Below are positions 38,648 through 48,247 of a stretch of DNA of 64,000 nucleotides, piece after piece. Both the position numbers and the translations under genes were made by a program. Under the pieces are notes generated by a model that worked only from the letters and a program-made list of their open reading frames with translations, was not told the DNA's origin and did not search any database. The stretch spans positions 71,437 through 135,436 of the forward strand of contig JBDGUI010000007.1 of assembly GCA_042216015.1 (NCBI GenBank), written 5' to 3'. Source of the stretch: Halodesulfurarchaeum sp. GTDB taxonomy: Archaea; Halobacteriota; Halobacteria; Halobacteriales; Halobacteriaceae. The stretch's first letter is position 1, and each line of letters opens with the position of its first letter.

Positions 38648-39474
38648 TCGCTTCCCTTCGGATCGAACTTCCAGCTCCCCTCACTCTCGAAGACCGTCGG
38701 TCCCGAAAGCGTCGCCGGACCGTCCTCGGGGATCGTCACGTCGAGGGTGCCCCCGGGAGGTGTCACCTTCAGCACCTGTCCCGCCTCGACGAGCCCGAGT
38801 TTCGTCGCCACGGCGGCGATCGCCACAGCACCCGTTCCACAGGACTGGGTCTCGCCCTCGACCCCCCGCTCGTAGGTCCGCTGGCGAAAGGCCCTCGATC
38901 CGGTCTTTTCGGCGACTGTCACGTTCGTTCCCTCGGGGAACCGATCCGCGTAGCGGATCGGCTGGGCCGCAGCCTCCAGGTCGAGGTCATCGATCGAGTG
39001 GAGGAATGCGACGGCGTGGGGCACGCCGGTGTTTACGGCCGATACCGGCATCCCCTCGAAGGGCTCCTCGAGCATCGGTTCGTCCGCGTCGACCGGGACC
39101 CGGGCTGGATCGAAGGTCGGCTCGCCCATCTCGACGGTCACCTCGTCTTCAGCGTCGATGGATGTCCGTCGAGGGCCGGCCGGTGTTTCAAGCAGGAACG
39201 CCTCCTCATCGGTCCGCTCGTATGCCCAGCGTGCAGCCACCCGAGCGCCGTTCCCACACATGTCAGCCGTGCTGCCGTCGGGCTGGTACAGCCTGAACCT
39301 GACCCGACTCGGACTCGGCTCCGAGTCGAGGGAGAGGACGAGTATGCCGTCGATTCCGAGTTCGTCACAGAGCGAGACGGCAAACTCTCGTCGGCCGGAT
39401 TCGATCGTGTCCGCCTCGACGACGGCGAAGGAATTGCCGGTTCCGTGGTAGTGGCGGTAGGGTATCTCGGTCAT
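38644..39474 (-). CDS. dapF: Diaminopimelate epimerase
   Basis: HGTGN, DGS.ADMCGNGAR, TG.PH, TYERGVEGETQSCGTG. Confidence 0.95.
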   Translation of the reverse strand: MTEIPYRHYHGTGNSFAVVEADTIESGRREFAVSLCDELGIDGILVLSLDSEPSPSRVRFRLYQPDGSTADMCGNGARVAARWAYERTDEEAFLLETPAGPRRTSIDAEDEVTVEMGEPTFDPARVPVDADEPMLEEPFEGMPVSAVNTGVPHAVAFLHSIDDLDLEAAAQPIRYADRFPEGTNVTVAEKTGSRAFRQRTYERGVEGETQSCGTGAVAIAAVATKLGLVEAGQVLKVTPPGGTLDVTIPEDGPATLSGPTVFESEGSWKFDPKGSE

Positions 39475-40700
39475 GGCTGTTCGGGGGCGGTGATGGCTTC
39501 GAGTCGTTCACGACGCCGTATTCCTCTGGTGGTCCCGTCCTCGACGGCCACGACGGGGGCCCGCGGCCGGGAATTGTACTGGCTCGCCATCTCGATGCCG
39601 TAGGCGCCGGTCAGGCCAATTCCGAGCAGGTCACCTCTCCGTGGTTCGGGAAGGCGTCGATCGCGGGCGAGAACGTCCGTGCTCTCGCAGATCGGTCCCA
39701 CGACCGAGACCCTCTCGACCTCCCGTCTTGGGTCGTCGGCGAGACTCCTGACCGGGTGATAGGCGTCGTACAGGGCGGGTCGAAGGAGGTCGGTCATCCC
39801 CGCGTCGACGCCCGCGAGCATCGTGTCGCCGGCCGGTTTGACCGTGTTCACCTTCGTCAACAGGACGCCGGCGTCGGCGACGAGATAGCGGCCCGGCTCG
39901 ATCAGGACCTCCGTCGGGACCCCGTCGAGTGCGTCACGGACCGATTCGGCGATGGACTCGAGATCGAGCGGGCGCTCCTCCGGCCGATACGGAACGCCGA
40001 ACCCGCCGCCCACGTCGATGAAGTCGAGGTCGGCGTCCAGGTCGCTCGCCACTCGGGAGAGCGTTTCGAGAACCGCACGGTAGGATTCGAGATCCGACTC
40101 GTCGAGGATTCCGCTTCCCGCGTGTGCGTGGATACCCACGACAGCCATCCCCTGCGTGGTCGCCCGTTCGACCGCAGCCGGGACCCGATCGACCCCGATG
40201 CCGAACGTGGCGTCGGCCCCGGTTGCGACCGTCTCGCTGTGGCCCGCTCCAGTCCCTGGGTGGATCCGGACGGCGACGTCGCCGGTGAAATCGCGTTCGG
40301 CGAGGCGTTCGATGGTGTCCATCGCGCCGACGGTTATCGCCCGGAGGGACTCCCCGAATTCGAGAACTGCATCGAGGTCGCGATCGGGCGGATTGACCGG
40401 CGTGTAGAGCAGGGAATCCGTTGGGAACCCCCCGTCCAGGGCCCGTCTCACCTCGCCGGCGGACGCACATTCGGCGCCGATCCCCGTCCCGGCGATGGTC
40501 TCGAGGACTCCACGACCTGCGTTGGCCTTTACGGCGTAGTGAATTCCCGCCTCCGGGAACGCCTCCCGGACGCGATCGACGTTCTCGCGGATTCGATCCA
40601 GATCGACGACGTACGCCGGGGTTCCATACTCGTCCGCGATCCGGACGAGCCGGTCCCGGGGCCAGTCCGCAAGTCGACGGACCGGGGGCGTGTCACTCAT
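39471..40700 (-). CDS. lysA: Diaminopimelate decarboxylase
   Basis: YAVKAN, HAHAGS, DVGGGFG, EPGRY, GPICESTD, GAYG..MASQYN. Confidence 0.95.
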   Translation of the reverse strand: MSDTPPVRRLADWPRDRLVRIADEYGTPAYVVDLDRIRENVDRVREAFPEAGIHYAVKANAGRGVLETIAGTGIGAECASAGEVRRALDGGFPTDSLLYTPVNPPDRDLDAVLEFGESLRAITVGAMDTIERLAERDFTGDVAVRIHPGTGAGHSETVATGADATFGIGVDRVPAAVERATTQGMAVVGIHAHAGSGILDESDLESYRAVLETLSRVASDLDADLDFIDVGGGFGVPYRPEERPLDLESIAESVRDALDGVPTEVLIEPGRYLVADAGVLLTKVNTVKPAGDTMLAGVDAGMTDLLRPALYDAYHPVRSLADDPRREVERVSVVGPICESTDVLARDRRLPEPRRGDLLGIGLTGAYGIEMASQYNSRPRAPVVAVEDGTTRGIRRRERLEAITAPEQP

Positions 40701-41533
40701 GACTGTCTGAGTTCTGCTTCCCGCTGGGTCGCCTCGAGTGTCTCGACCTCGATGTCCATGGCCACCACCGCCGGTTTGTACGCGCCACCCTCGAAGAGTT
40801 CGTGATCGCCGACGCTCGACTCGACAAAGCGCGTGAACGCCCGTCGGTTCGGCGGGAGTTCGCCGTACCTGACTTCCCCCTCGACGAGGTCGTAGATGGG
40901 GATGCGGGGGGTCAACAGGGTGTTCTCCCCGACGACGCTCCCCTCGCCGACGACGAATCCCGAGGTGACCCGGGTGCCAGCCCCGAGTGAGACGTCGTCC
41001 TCGATGACGACCGGTGTGTCCTCGACGGGTTCGAGCACGCCACCGATGAGGGTATTCCCCCCCAACTTGACGTTGTCCCCGATCTGGGCACATGATCCGA
41101 CCGTATTCGCGGAGTCGACCAGGGTCCCATCGCCGATGTGGGCGCCGATGTTGACGAAGCTGGGGCTCATGAGGATCGCGTCGCTGCCGACGTATGCGCC
41201 CCGGCGGATGGTCGTTCCGTCGGGCGTGTTTCTGGTTCCGCGGTCGCCAAGATCCGCCGTCTCCCGCAGCGGAAGGACGTCGTGATAGGTCACGTCGCCG
41301 TAGGTTCGGGCCTCGGTGTCACGCAGCGAGAAGTTGAGCAGGATGCCGGTCTTCACCCATTCGACGGCCGTCCAGTCGCCGTTTCGGGGTTCGGCCGCCC
41401 GGATCTCGCCCGCTTCGAGGGCCCGAAGAAACGCGTCGAGGATCGCCATCTCGTCGGTGCCGGCGCTCTCGGGGGTGAGCGAACCGGATTCGTAGCGCTC
41501 CTGCACCTCGATGATATCGGCCTCGAGGCTCAT
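40697..41533 (-). CDS. dapD: Tetrahydrodipicolinate N-succinyltransferase
   Basis: WVK.GILL.F, PSFVNIGA, TVGSCAQIG, IGGVLEP hexapeptide repeats. Confidence 0.95.
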   Translation of the reverse strand: MSLEADIIEVQERYESGSLTPESAGTDEMAILDAFLRALEAGEIRAAEPRNGDWTAVEWVKTGILLNFSLRDTEARTYGDVTYHDVLPLRETADLGDRGTRNTPDGTTIRRGAYVGSDAILMSPSFVNIGAHIGDGTLVDSANTVGSCAQIGDNVKLGGNTLIGGVLEPVEDTPVVIEDDVSLGAGTRVTSGFVVGEGSVVGENTLLTPRIPIYDLVEGEVRYGELPPNRRAFTRFVESSVGDHELFEGGAYKPAVVAMDIEVETLEATQREAELRQS

Positions 41534-42333
41534 TCGTCACCTCCGGTCCGGGCGAGTTCGGACGCGACGTCGGAGAACCGATAGAATCCGGCGGGTTGCC
41601 CGAGCAACCATACGGCGGCATCGAGAGCCCCCTCTGCGAATACGGAGCGGGATCCGGCCCGGTGAGTTAGCGAGAGCGTTTCGCGATTCCCCGCGAGAAG
41701 AACCTCGTGCTCGCCGGTGACGTCGCCAGCGCGACGGGCGTGCACACCGATCTCGCCGGCCTCGCGTTTGGCATCGCCCTCGCGGCCGTACACCCGGTCG
41801 CCGGGTTCACCCCGCGCGTCGTCGATTCGGTCGAGGATCAGCGAGGCCGTCCCCGAGGGGGCATCGCGCTTTCCGTTGTGGTGGGTTTCGGTGAGTTCCA
41901 CGTCGTAGGCCGGGAGCGAGGCAACGGCCGTTTCCACGGCGTCGATCAGTGCCTGCACGCCCCTGGCGAAATTCGCTCCGAGCAGGACCGGGATTTCCGC
42001 TCCCGCGGCTTCGATTGCCGATCGCTGTGCCTCCGCAAAGCCAGTCGTGCCGGTCACGACCGGGACGCCGGCCTCGGCTGCGGCCTGCACGTATTCCACG
42101 CAGCTCTCCGGCCCCGTGAAGTCGACGATGACGTCCGGGTCGGTTTCGGCGAGGAGGGCCTCATACCGGTGAGCCGGTTCGACGTCCGTGAGGTTCGGGT
42201 CGGCGTCACGATTGACGGCGAAGGCGATCTCCATCCCTCGCCGCGTCGCGGCTTCCCGAACCTCCTGACCCATCCGTCCGGTTGCCCCAGTGACCCCGAT
42301 CCGTGCCCCGGGGTCCGATTCGTGTCCGCTCAT
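41530..42333 (-). CDS. dapB: 4-hydroxy-tetrahydrodipicolinate reductase
   Basis: GATGRMG, DFT, GTTG, ETHHNGKRDAPSGTA, GEH.V, FAEGA. Confidence 0.95.
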   Translation of the reverse strand: MSGHESDPGARIGVTGATGRMGQEVREAATRRGMEIAFAVNRDADPNLTDVEPAHRYEALLAETDPDVIVDFTGPESCVEYVQAAAEAGVPVVTGTTGFAEAQRSAIEAAGAEIPVLLGANFARGVQALIDAVETAVASLPAYDVELTETHHNGKRDAPSGTASLILDRIDDARGEPGDRVYGREGDAKREAGEIGVHARRAGDVTGEHEVLLAGNRETLSLTHRAGSRSVFAEGALDAAVWLLGQPAGFYRFSDVASELARTGGDE

Positions 42334-43223
42334 GTGGACTGTTCGGCCGCCAGTTCGTCGAGAATCGATTCGAGGTGATCGCGATTCGACGGATCGATGG
42401 TCGAGAGCGGCGAGCGCACCTGTCCCGGCCCGTAGCCACGGATCTCCATTGCGGCCTTCACCGGAATCGGGTTGGTCTCGACGAACAGCGCGTCGAAGAG
42501 CGGCGCGAGTTCCCGGTGGACCTCGCGGGCGTGTTCCCAGTCGCCTTCGAGGGCGCTCCAGACGAGATCGGACACCCGCTCCGGCTCCACGTTGCCGGCG
42601 ACGCTGATCACGCCGGTTCCCCCGACCGAGAGGATGGGGAGGGTCAACCCGTCGTCGCCGGAGAGGACGGAGAACTCCTCCTCGACCGTGCGTCTGGCGA
42701 CCTCCGAGACGCGGTTGAGGTCGCCGCTCGCGGCCTTGTAGCCCACGATATTCTCGTGGCTCGCCAGGTTCGCGGCGGTGTCGACGGCGATGTTTCGACC
42801 GGTCCGTGAGGGGACGTTGTAGATGATCTGGGGGAGGTCGATCTCGTCGGCGATGGCGCGGTAGTGGGCCTCCATGCCCGCCGGTTCGGGCTTGTTGTAG
42901 TACGGCGAGATGAGGAGCAAGGCGTCGGCTCCGGCCTCCTTGGCGCCTCTCGAGAGAGCGATCGCCTCGTGGGTCGCATTGCTTCCCGAGCCGGCGATGA
43001 CTGGGACGTCGACGGCTTCGACGACTGTTTCCACGACGTCGACGTGCTCCTGGTGGGTGAGCGTCGCGCTCTCGCCGGTCGACCCGACGGGAACGAGTCC
43101 GTCGACTCCCGACTCTTCGAGGCGAGTCGCGTCCCGGGCGAGTTGATCGTGATCGATACTCCCGTCGTCGAGAAACGGCGTCGTCATCGCGGGGAAGACG
43201 CCGGTCGTCATGTCCTGTGTCAT
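42330..43223 (-). CDS. dapA: 4-hydroxy-tetrahydrodipicolinate synthase
   Basis: TPF, GSTGE, PYYNKP, YNVP.RTG, GYK, SGDD, ETNPIPVK. Confidence 0.96.
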   Translation of the reverse strand: MTQDMTTGVFPAMTTPFLDDGSIDHDQLARDATRLEESGVDGLVPVGSTGESATLTHQEHVDVVETVVEAVDVPVIAGSGSNATHEAIALSRGAKEAGADALLLISPYYNKPEPAGMEAHYRAIADEIDLPQIIYNVPSRTGRNIAVDTAANLASHENIVGYKAASGDLNRVSEVARRTVEEEFSVLSGDDGLTLPILSVGGTGVISVAGNVEPERVSDLVWSALEGDWEHAREVHRELAPLFDALFVETNPIPVKAAMEIRGYGPGQVRSPLSTIDPSNRDHLESILDELAAEQST

Positions 43224-43376
43224 CGGTGTGGGGTGTCGTGGTGGCAGTTGGTGGGTGTGGTACGTAATCGGTTCGACCACGGATCGAGCACTGGTCCCCG
43301 AGCCGCAGGAACACAGTGCCGTGGATTGGCGCCGAAAAGGGGCCCGAAACGGGGTCCGAACCCGCCACGAGCCATG

Positions 43377-43454
43377 CTACCGTTTCCCGCGTTTGCCGAA
43401 GCACCGAAACTCGCCCGCCGACCCACCGGAACCGTCGCCGGAAGCGAGTGTCAT
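43377..43454 (-). promoter_or_regulatory. Putative leader peptide of the lysine operon (MTLASGDGSGGSAGEFRCFGKRGKR)
   Basis: ATG 43454 to TAG 43377, same strand as dapA; two AAA Lys codons within the last five sense codons. Confidence 0.55.
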
Positions 43455-43540
43455 GTGGAAAAGCTTGTAGTCGAGACGTATAGCTGTTGTGGGCGCTCCT
43501 GTCGGCCAGCTTTTGTGGGTGCCCCTCGAAGGGCCGAATG

Positions 43541-44182
43541 ATGCTTGTGCTGGGTGACGCCCACGCGAACACGCCCGAACGACGACGGGCGCTCGAGCGG
43601 GCCTATGGGGAGACGGACGCAACCGTCGCCCTCCAGCTCGGCGATCTCTTCACCTACGATCTCCCCGCCGAGACGTACTTCATCGCGGGAAACAACGAGG
43701 ACTTCGACGTCATCGACGCCCTGCGCCACGGGCGGATCCGCAGTCGGGACGTGCGGAACGCGAGACTGCTCGACAGTCGAACCGTCGAGATCCGGGGACT
43801 GACCGTCGGTGGGTTGTCCGGGAACTACGCGCCGACCCAGTACGACAAACCCCGGTCGGCCCTCAGGGGGGAGCGTCGCCGGCACTTCGTCCGGGCCGAC
43901 GTGGAGCAACTGAAACGGGTCGGAGCGGTGGACGTGCTGCTCACCCACGAGGCCCCGCATGGCACGGACGTCGCAGAGGAGTACAGCGTCGGCTGTCGGC
44001 CGATCGACGACCTGCTCGAGGCACTCTCTCCGGCGCTGCATCTCGTTGGCCACCACCACCAGCACACCGAGACGACGGTCGGGGACACGCGGGTCATCAC
44101 GGTGGCCCCGGCCTGGGAGTGTTACTACGAACTCGACCCGGCGACCCTCGAACTGTCTCGGTACCAGACACCCGAGGGCTGA
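43541..44182 (+). CDS. Calcineurin-like metallophosphoesterase
   Basis: GDAH, LGD, AGNNE, THEAP, GHHH. Confidence 0.88.
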   Translation: MLVLGDAHANTPERRRALERAYGETDATVALQLGDLFTYDLPAETYFIAGNNEDFDVIDALRHGRIRSRDVRNARLLDSRTVEIRGLTVGGLSGNYAPTQYDKPRSALRGERRRHFVRADVEQLKRVGAVDVLLTHEAPHGTDVAEEYSVGCRPIDDLLEALSPALHLVGHHHQHTETTVGDTRVITVAPAWECYYELDPATLELSRYQTPEG

Positions 44183-44277
44183 TCCTTGAACGGACCAGTC
44201 GACGGGCTTTGCCGGCCTCGAGACGATCTCCCTGAGGGAGGGTGGGGTTTAACACGGATCGCGACGCCAGAGAACGT

Positions 44278-44775
44278 ATGACCTCGATCCACGACGGGCA
44301 GCGCATCGCGGTGCTCGCGGACGCGCAGAACCTCTATCATTCCGCCCAGAGTCTCCACTCCCAGAACATCGATTACTCCGCGTTGCTCTCGAAGGCCGTC
44401 CAGAACCGGATACTTACCCGGGCCATCGCCTACGTCATCAGGGCGGAATCGCCGGAGGAGGAGACGTTCTTCGAGGCGCTCACGGACATCGGGTTCGAGA
44501 CCAAGATCAAGGACATCAAGACCTTCCAGGACGGGACGAAGAAGGCCGACTGGGACGTCGGCATGAGCCTCGACGCCGTCACGCTGGCCGATCACGTCGA
44601 CACCATCGTCCTCTGTACCGGCGATGGGGATTTCTCCCGCCTCGTCTCACACCTCCGCCACGAGGGAGTCCGGGTCGAGGTGATGGCTTTCGACAGCTCG
44701 ACCGCCGAAGAACTCAAGGACGCTGCGGATACGTTCATCGATCTGGGCGAGCGGACGGAGACGTTTCTGTTGTAG
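44278..44775 (+). CDS. NYN domain (LabA/DUF88) protein
   Basis: DAQNL, KADWDV, GDGDF, L...AD.FIDL. Confidence 0.9.
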   Translation: MTSIHDGQRIAVLADAQNLYHSAQSLHSQNIDYSALLSKAVQNRILTRAIAYVIRAESPEEETFFEALTDIGFETKIKDIKTFQDGTKKADWDVGMSLDAVTLADHVDTIVLCTGDGDFSRLVSHLRHEGVRVEVMAFDSSTAEELKDAADTFIDLGERTETFLL

Positions 44776-44884
44776 GTGATCCGAAGATGATCCTTCCTAT
44801 AGCGGCCGGATCGCCCCCTACCCGCCCGCTTCGCCGCGGGAAACTCGAAGCGGCTATCCCGCCTGACCCACGGAGTTTCGATCG

Positions 44885-45352
44885 ATGACGACCACGACGA
44901 TGGCCCAGTTGCGGACCATCGCCGATTACCAGTTCGGGGCGGGCGCAGGGGACGCGCTATTCCCGCCGAACGCGGACCTCGAGGTGCACCGTTCGGCCTC
45001 CGGCCGACCCCGCCAGCTCTTCCACAACGGGGGCCGGCTGGCGTCCCTCCGAACGGACGGCCGTTTCACGCTGGGATTGGCGGGCGGCAAACAGCTGGCG
45101 ACCGCGCTCGAGCCGGATGCCTATCGTGTCGCCGTCGGGGACGAGAGCGAGCCGTTCGTGAGGGAGGGAAAGAACGTGTTCGCGAAATTCGTCCGGCGAG
45201 CGGACGACGCCATTCGGGCGGGCGACGAAGTGCTGATCGAACACGAGGAGGGCCATCTGGTTGCGGTGGGTCGGGCGGAACTCGACGCGACCGCGATGCG
45301 GGACTTCGAGACGGGGATGGCCGTGAAGGTCCGCGAAAGTGCCGAGCGGTGA
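44885..45352 (+). CDS. PUA domain protein (archaeosine tRNA-modification C-terminal-like)
   Basis: LRTIADYQFG, GKNVFAKFV, GDEV, G.AVKVR. Confidence 0.85.
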   Translation: MTTTTMAQLRTIADYQFGAGAGDALFPPNADLEVHRSASGRPRQLFHNGGRLASLRTDGRFTLGLAGGKQLATALEPDAYRVAVGDESEPFVREGKNVFAKFVRRADDAIRAGDEVLIEHEEGHLVAVGRAELDATAMRDFETGMAVKVRESAER

Positions 45353-45405
45353 GGGTCACTGGGCCAAACGCCACCCTTTTTGCCCCTGGTTGCAACCCTC
45401 CGGGT

Positions 45406-45786
45406 ATGTTTGGAGGGAGCGGCATGAATCCGCGGAAACTGGAACAGATGATGGAACAGATGGGGATCGACATGGACGAACTCGACGCCACCGAGGCGCG
45501 AATCTCCCTGGAAGATGGCACCCAACTCGTGTTTTCGAACCCGGAGGTGACTCGGATGGACGCCCGTGGCGAGGAGACCTATCAGGTCGTGGGTGAGGCT
45601 GAAACGGTCGAGAGTGGAGCGGCCCCAGCGGCCGACGCTGGCAGCGAGTCGGGAGACGACGCTGGGATTCCCGAGGCAGACGTCGAGATCGTCGTCCAGC
45701 GGACGGGCGCCACGGAAGCCGAAGCCCGCGAGGCCATCGAGGCGGCCGACGGCGACCTCGCGGCGGCCATCGCCTCCCTCGAGTGA
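45406..45786 (+). CDS. nac: Nascent polypeptide-associated complex protein
   Basis: MNPRKLEQMMEQMGI, YQVVG, UBA-like GDLAAAI. Confidence 0.93.
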   Translation: MFGGSGMNPRKLEQMMEQMGIDMDELDATEARISLEDGTQLVFSNPEVTRMDARGEETYQVVGEAETVESGAAPAADAGSESGDDAGIPEADVEIVVQRTGATEAEAREAIEAADGDLAAAIASLE

Positions 45787-46502
45787 TCCTCCTCGTCCGG
45801 GACGACCGGGAGTTTCTGGTCGAACCAGGGGCGGAAGTGCATACCGACCTGGGGGTCATCGACGTGCCCCCGGACGTCGAGCCGGGCGACTCCGTGGAGA
45901 CCCATCTCGGAGAGCCCTTTCGGGTCCGGGCCTTGCGCGGGCCAGATCTGTTCAATCACTTCGAGCGGACCGGTGCGCCGATGATGCCCAAGGACATCGG
46001 TCTGGTGGTTGGCCATACGGGCGTCGCGGCTGGAGACCGGGTCCTCGATGCCGGGACCGGAACGGGTGTGCTCGCCGCCTATCTCGGCCGAATGGGCGCG
46101 GCGGTCACGACCTACGAGCGCAAGCCCGAATTCGCGGAGACGGCCCGCGAGAACATGGAACTGGCAGCCGTCATGGACCGCGTCGAGGTGCGAACCGGCG
46201 AACTAGGGGAATCCCTCGGCGAACTCGATGGATTCGACGCGGTGACCCTCGACACAGAAGACGCTCCCGAGATCGTGGCCGAAGCTCCCTCCGTACTCGT
46301 TTCCGGCGGGCATCTCGCGGTTTACTCGCCCTTCATCGAAGCCGCTCGCGCGGTCGACCTCGCGGCTCGTGATGCCGGCCTCGGGGACGTCGAGACCGTC
46401 GAGACCATCCAGCGACGGATGGACTTCGACGAACGGGGATCCCGGCCACAGACCGCGGGTGTCGGCCACACGGGCTATTTGACGTTCGCCCGGATGCCCT
46501 AA
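45783..46502 (+). CDS. trmI: tRNA (adenine-N1)-methyltransferase TrmI-like
   Basis: HTDLG, MMPKDIG, DAGTGTG, YSPF, GHTGYL.FAR. Confidence 0.82.
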   Translation: MILLVRDDREFLVEPGAEVHTDLGVIDVPPDVEPGDSVETHLGEPFRVRALRGPDLFNHFERTGAPMMPKDIGLVVGHTGVAAGDRVLDAGTGTGVLAAYLGRMGAAVTTYERKPEFAETARENMELAAVMDRVEVRTGELGESLGELDGFDAVTLDTEDAPEIVAEAPSVLVSGGHLAVYSPFIEAARAVDLAARDAGLGDVETVETIQRRMDFDERGSRPQTAGVGHTGYLTFARMP

Positions 46503-46517
46503 CGGGACCGGCGGGTC

Positions 46518-46832
46518 TCAATGATCGTCTTCGCGCCAGCGGTGATCGCAGGCGGTACAGACGAAAAAGCGGGTCTCTGACTCGTCGGCCGATCTGATCT
46601 GTTGCATGTACCAGTAGGCCTCGTCGTGGCCACATTCCGGACATCGAATCTCCGTCGTCGGGAGGCCGGTCTCCCCGCCGGTGCCGGTCTCGATGATCTC
46701 GCTCACCTCCTGCTCCTCCGAGACGACGTAGTTCGCCTCCGGATCTTTCGGCTGCTCGTTCCCGCAACTCGTACAGACCCAGAGCCCGTCCTCGGCCCGC
46801 ATCATCGAGCCACAGCTGTCACAGAACTCCAT
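46518..46832 (-). CDS. tfs: Transcription factor S
   Basis: FCDSCGS, CPECG, QIRSADESETRFFVC..C.HRWR. Confidence 0.95.
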   Translation of the reverse strand: MEFCDSCGSMMRAEDGLWVCTSCGNEQPKDPEANYVVSEEQEVSEIIETGTGGETGLPTTEIRCPECGHDEAYWYMQQIRSADESETRFFVCTACDHRWREDDH

Positions 46833-46923
46833 TGGCTGCCCGTTGTCGAGTCCGGTGCTTAAACGCATTGCTCGGACCGGACCCCCACACCGGGATCCAA
46901 ACTGGCAAGTCGGGGTGGAAGCT

Positions 46924-48189
46924 ATGACGGACACGATGCCAGTTTTCGGGACCGACCGACGCGTCCTCGTCCTCGCGTTCGCCCGCATGGCTGACGCCCT
47001 GGGAAACTCATTTCTCATCGTCGTCCTGCCGCTCTACATCGCCTCCGGACAGGTCGAAATCGAGGCACTTCTCGGCACTCAGGTCCCCTTCCTCTCGATC
47101 ACGATCACCGAGTCCTTGCTCATCGGCCTGGCCCTCTCCCTCTTTGGCTTTCTCAACAGCCTCAATCAGCCCCTCACCGGACGACTTTCGGATCGGGCCG
47201 GCAAACGCAAGCTCTTCATACTGATCGGGCTTGCCGTACTCGGTGTCGGGAGTGGCGGCTACGTCTTCGTCTCCGAGTATCGCTGGGTCCTCTTCTTCCG
47301 CATTCTGCAGGGCATCGGCGCGGCGCTCACCATCCCGGCGACCGTGGCGCTGGTCAACGAACTCTCGGCGGGGGATCGAACCCGGGGCGGAAACTTCGGT
47401 GTGTTCAACACCTTCAGGCTGCTCGGGTTCGGGTTCGGTCCGCTCGTCGCCGGCGTCGTCGTTGAGATCTGGGGCTTCGACGCAGCATTCGGTGTCGCCG
47501 TCGCGGGGGCGTTCGTCAGTTTCACCCTCGTCTACGGTCTCGTCTCGGACCCGAAAGAGACCCAGGCAAGTGCTGGCGAAGACCTCTCGATCGCGATTCG
47601 GGGTCCGCCCGGAAAACTGCTCGATCCTGTTTTCACCCTCGGTCTGGGAACCGTCGCGATGGGAATCGCAATCGCGCTCTTCGCCGCCCTGGAGCCCCAG
47701 ATCAACGCCCGACTCGACCAGTCGACGGTCCTCTTCGGGATCCAGTTCGGTGCCGTCACGCTCGCGAACGTCGCCTTCCAGATTCCGGTCGGTCGGGCGA
47801 GTGATGGGTACGGACGTCGCCCCTTCCTCATCCTGGGCTTCATCGTGCTCGCGCCCGCGACGTTTGTCCAGGGGTACGTCGGAACGCCGGCGTTGATGAT
47901 TCTCGCCCGTTTCGCCCAGGGAATCGCGGTCGCGATGGTGTTTGCGCCCTCCCTCGCCCTCGCCGGGGACCTCGCGCGGGAGGGTACCTCGGGGACCACC
48001 CTGTCGGTCCTGACGATGGCCTTCGGTCTGGGGGTCGCGATCGGCCCGCTCTCGGCGGGCTTCCTCGAGCGATTCGGCTTTCAGGTTCCCTTCGTCGTGG
48101 GAACGGCTCTTTCGGTTCTCGCGCTGATACTCGTCTATACCCAGGTCGAGGAGACCCTCTCGGAGACGGAGTCATTGCTCGGATTCTGA
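46924..48189 (+). CDS. MFS transporter
   Basis: About 12 TM helices, motif A GRLSDRAGKRK and GRASDGYGRR. Confidence 0.9.
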   Translation: MTDTMPVFGTDRRVLVLAFARMADALGNSFLIVVLPLYIASGQVEIEALLGTQVPFLSITITESLLIGLALSLFGFLNSLNQPLTGRLSDRAGKRKLFILIGLAVLGVGSGGYVFVSEYRWVLFFRILQGIGAALTIPATVALVNELSAGDRTRGGNFGVFNTFRLLGFGFGPLVAGVVVEIWGFDAAFGVAVAGAFVSFTLVYGLVSDPKETQASAGEDLSIAIRGPPGKLLDPVFTLGLGTVAMGIAIALFAALEPQINARLDQSTVLFGIQFGAVTLANVAFQIPVGRASDGYGRRPFLILGFIVLAPATFVQGYVGTPALMILARFAQGIAVAMVFAPSLALAGDLAREGTSGTTLSVLTMAFGLGVAIGPLSAGFLERFGFQVPFVVGTALSVLALILVYTQVEETLSETESLLGF

Positions 48190-48247
48190 TTCCCAGATCG
48201 AAGGCGAGACAGAAGGCGGAAGTGCGCCGGGCAAAATCCTCTCACCA

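Noticed and set aside
41530..43572. 680-aa ORF suggesting a DapB fusion
   Set aside because: The N-terminal part is an alternate frame over dapA. True dapB starts at ATG 42333, overlapping the dapA stop.
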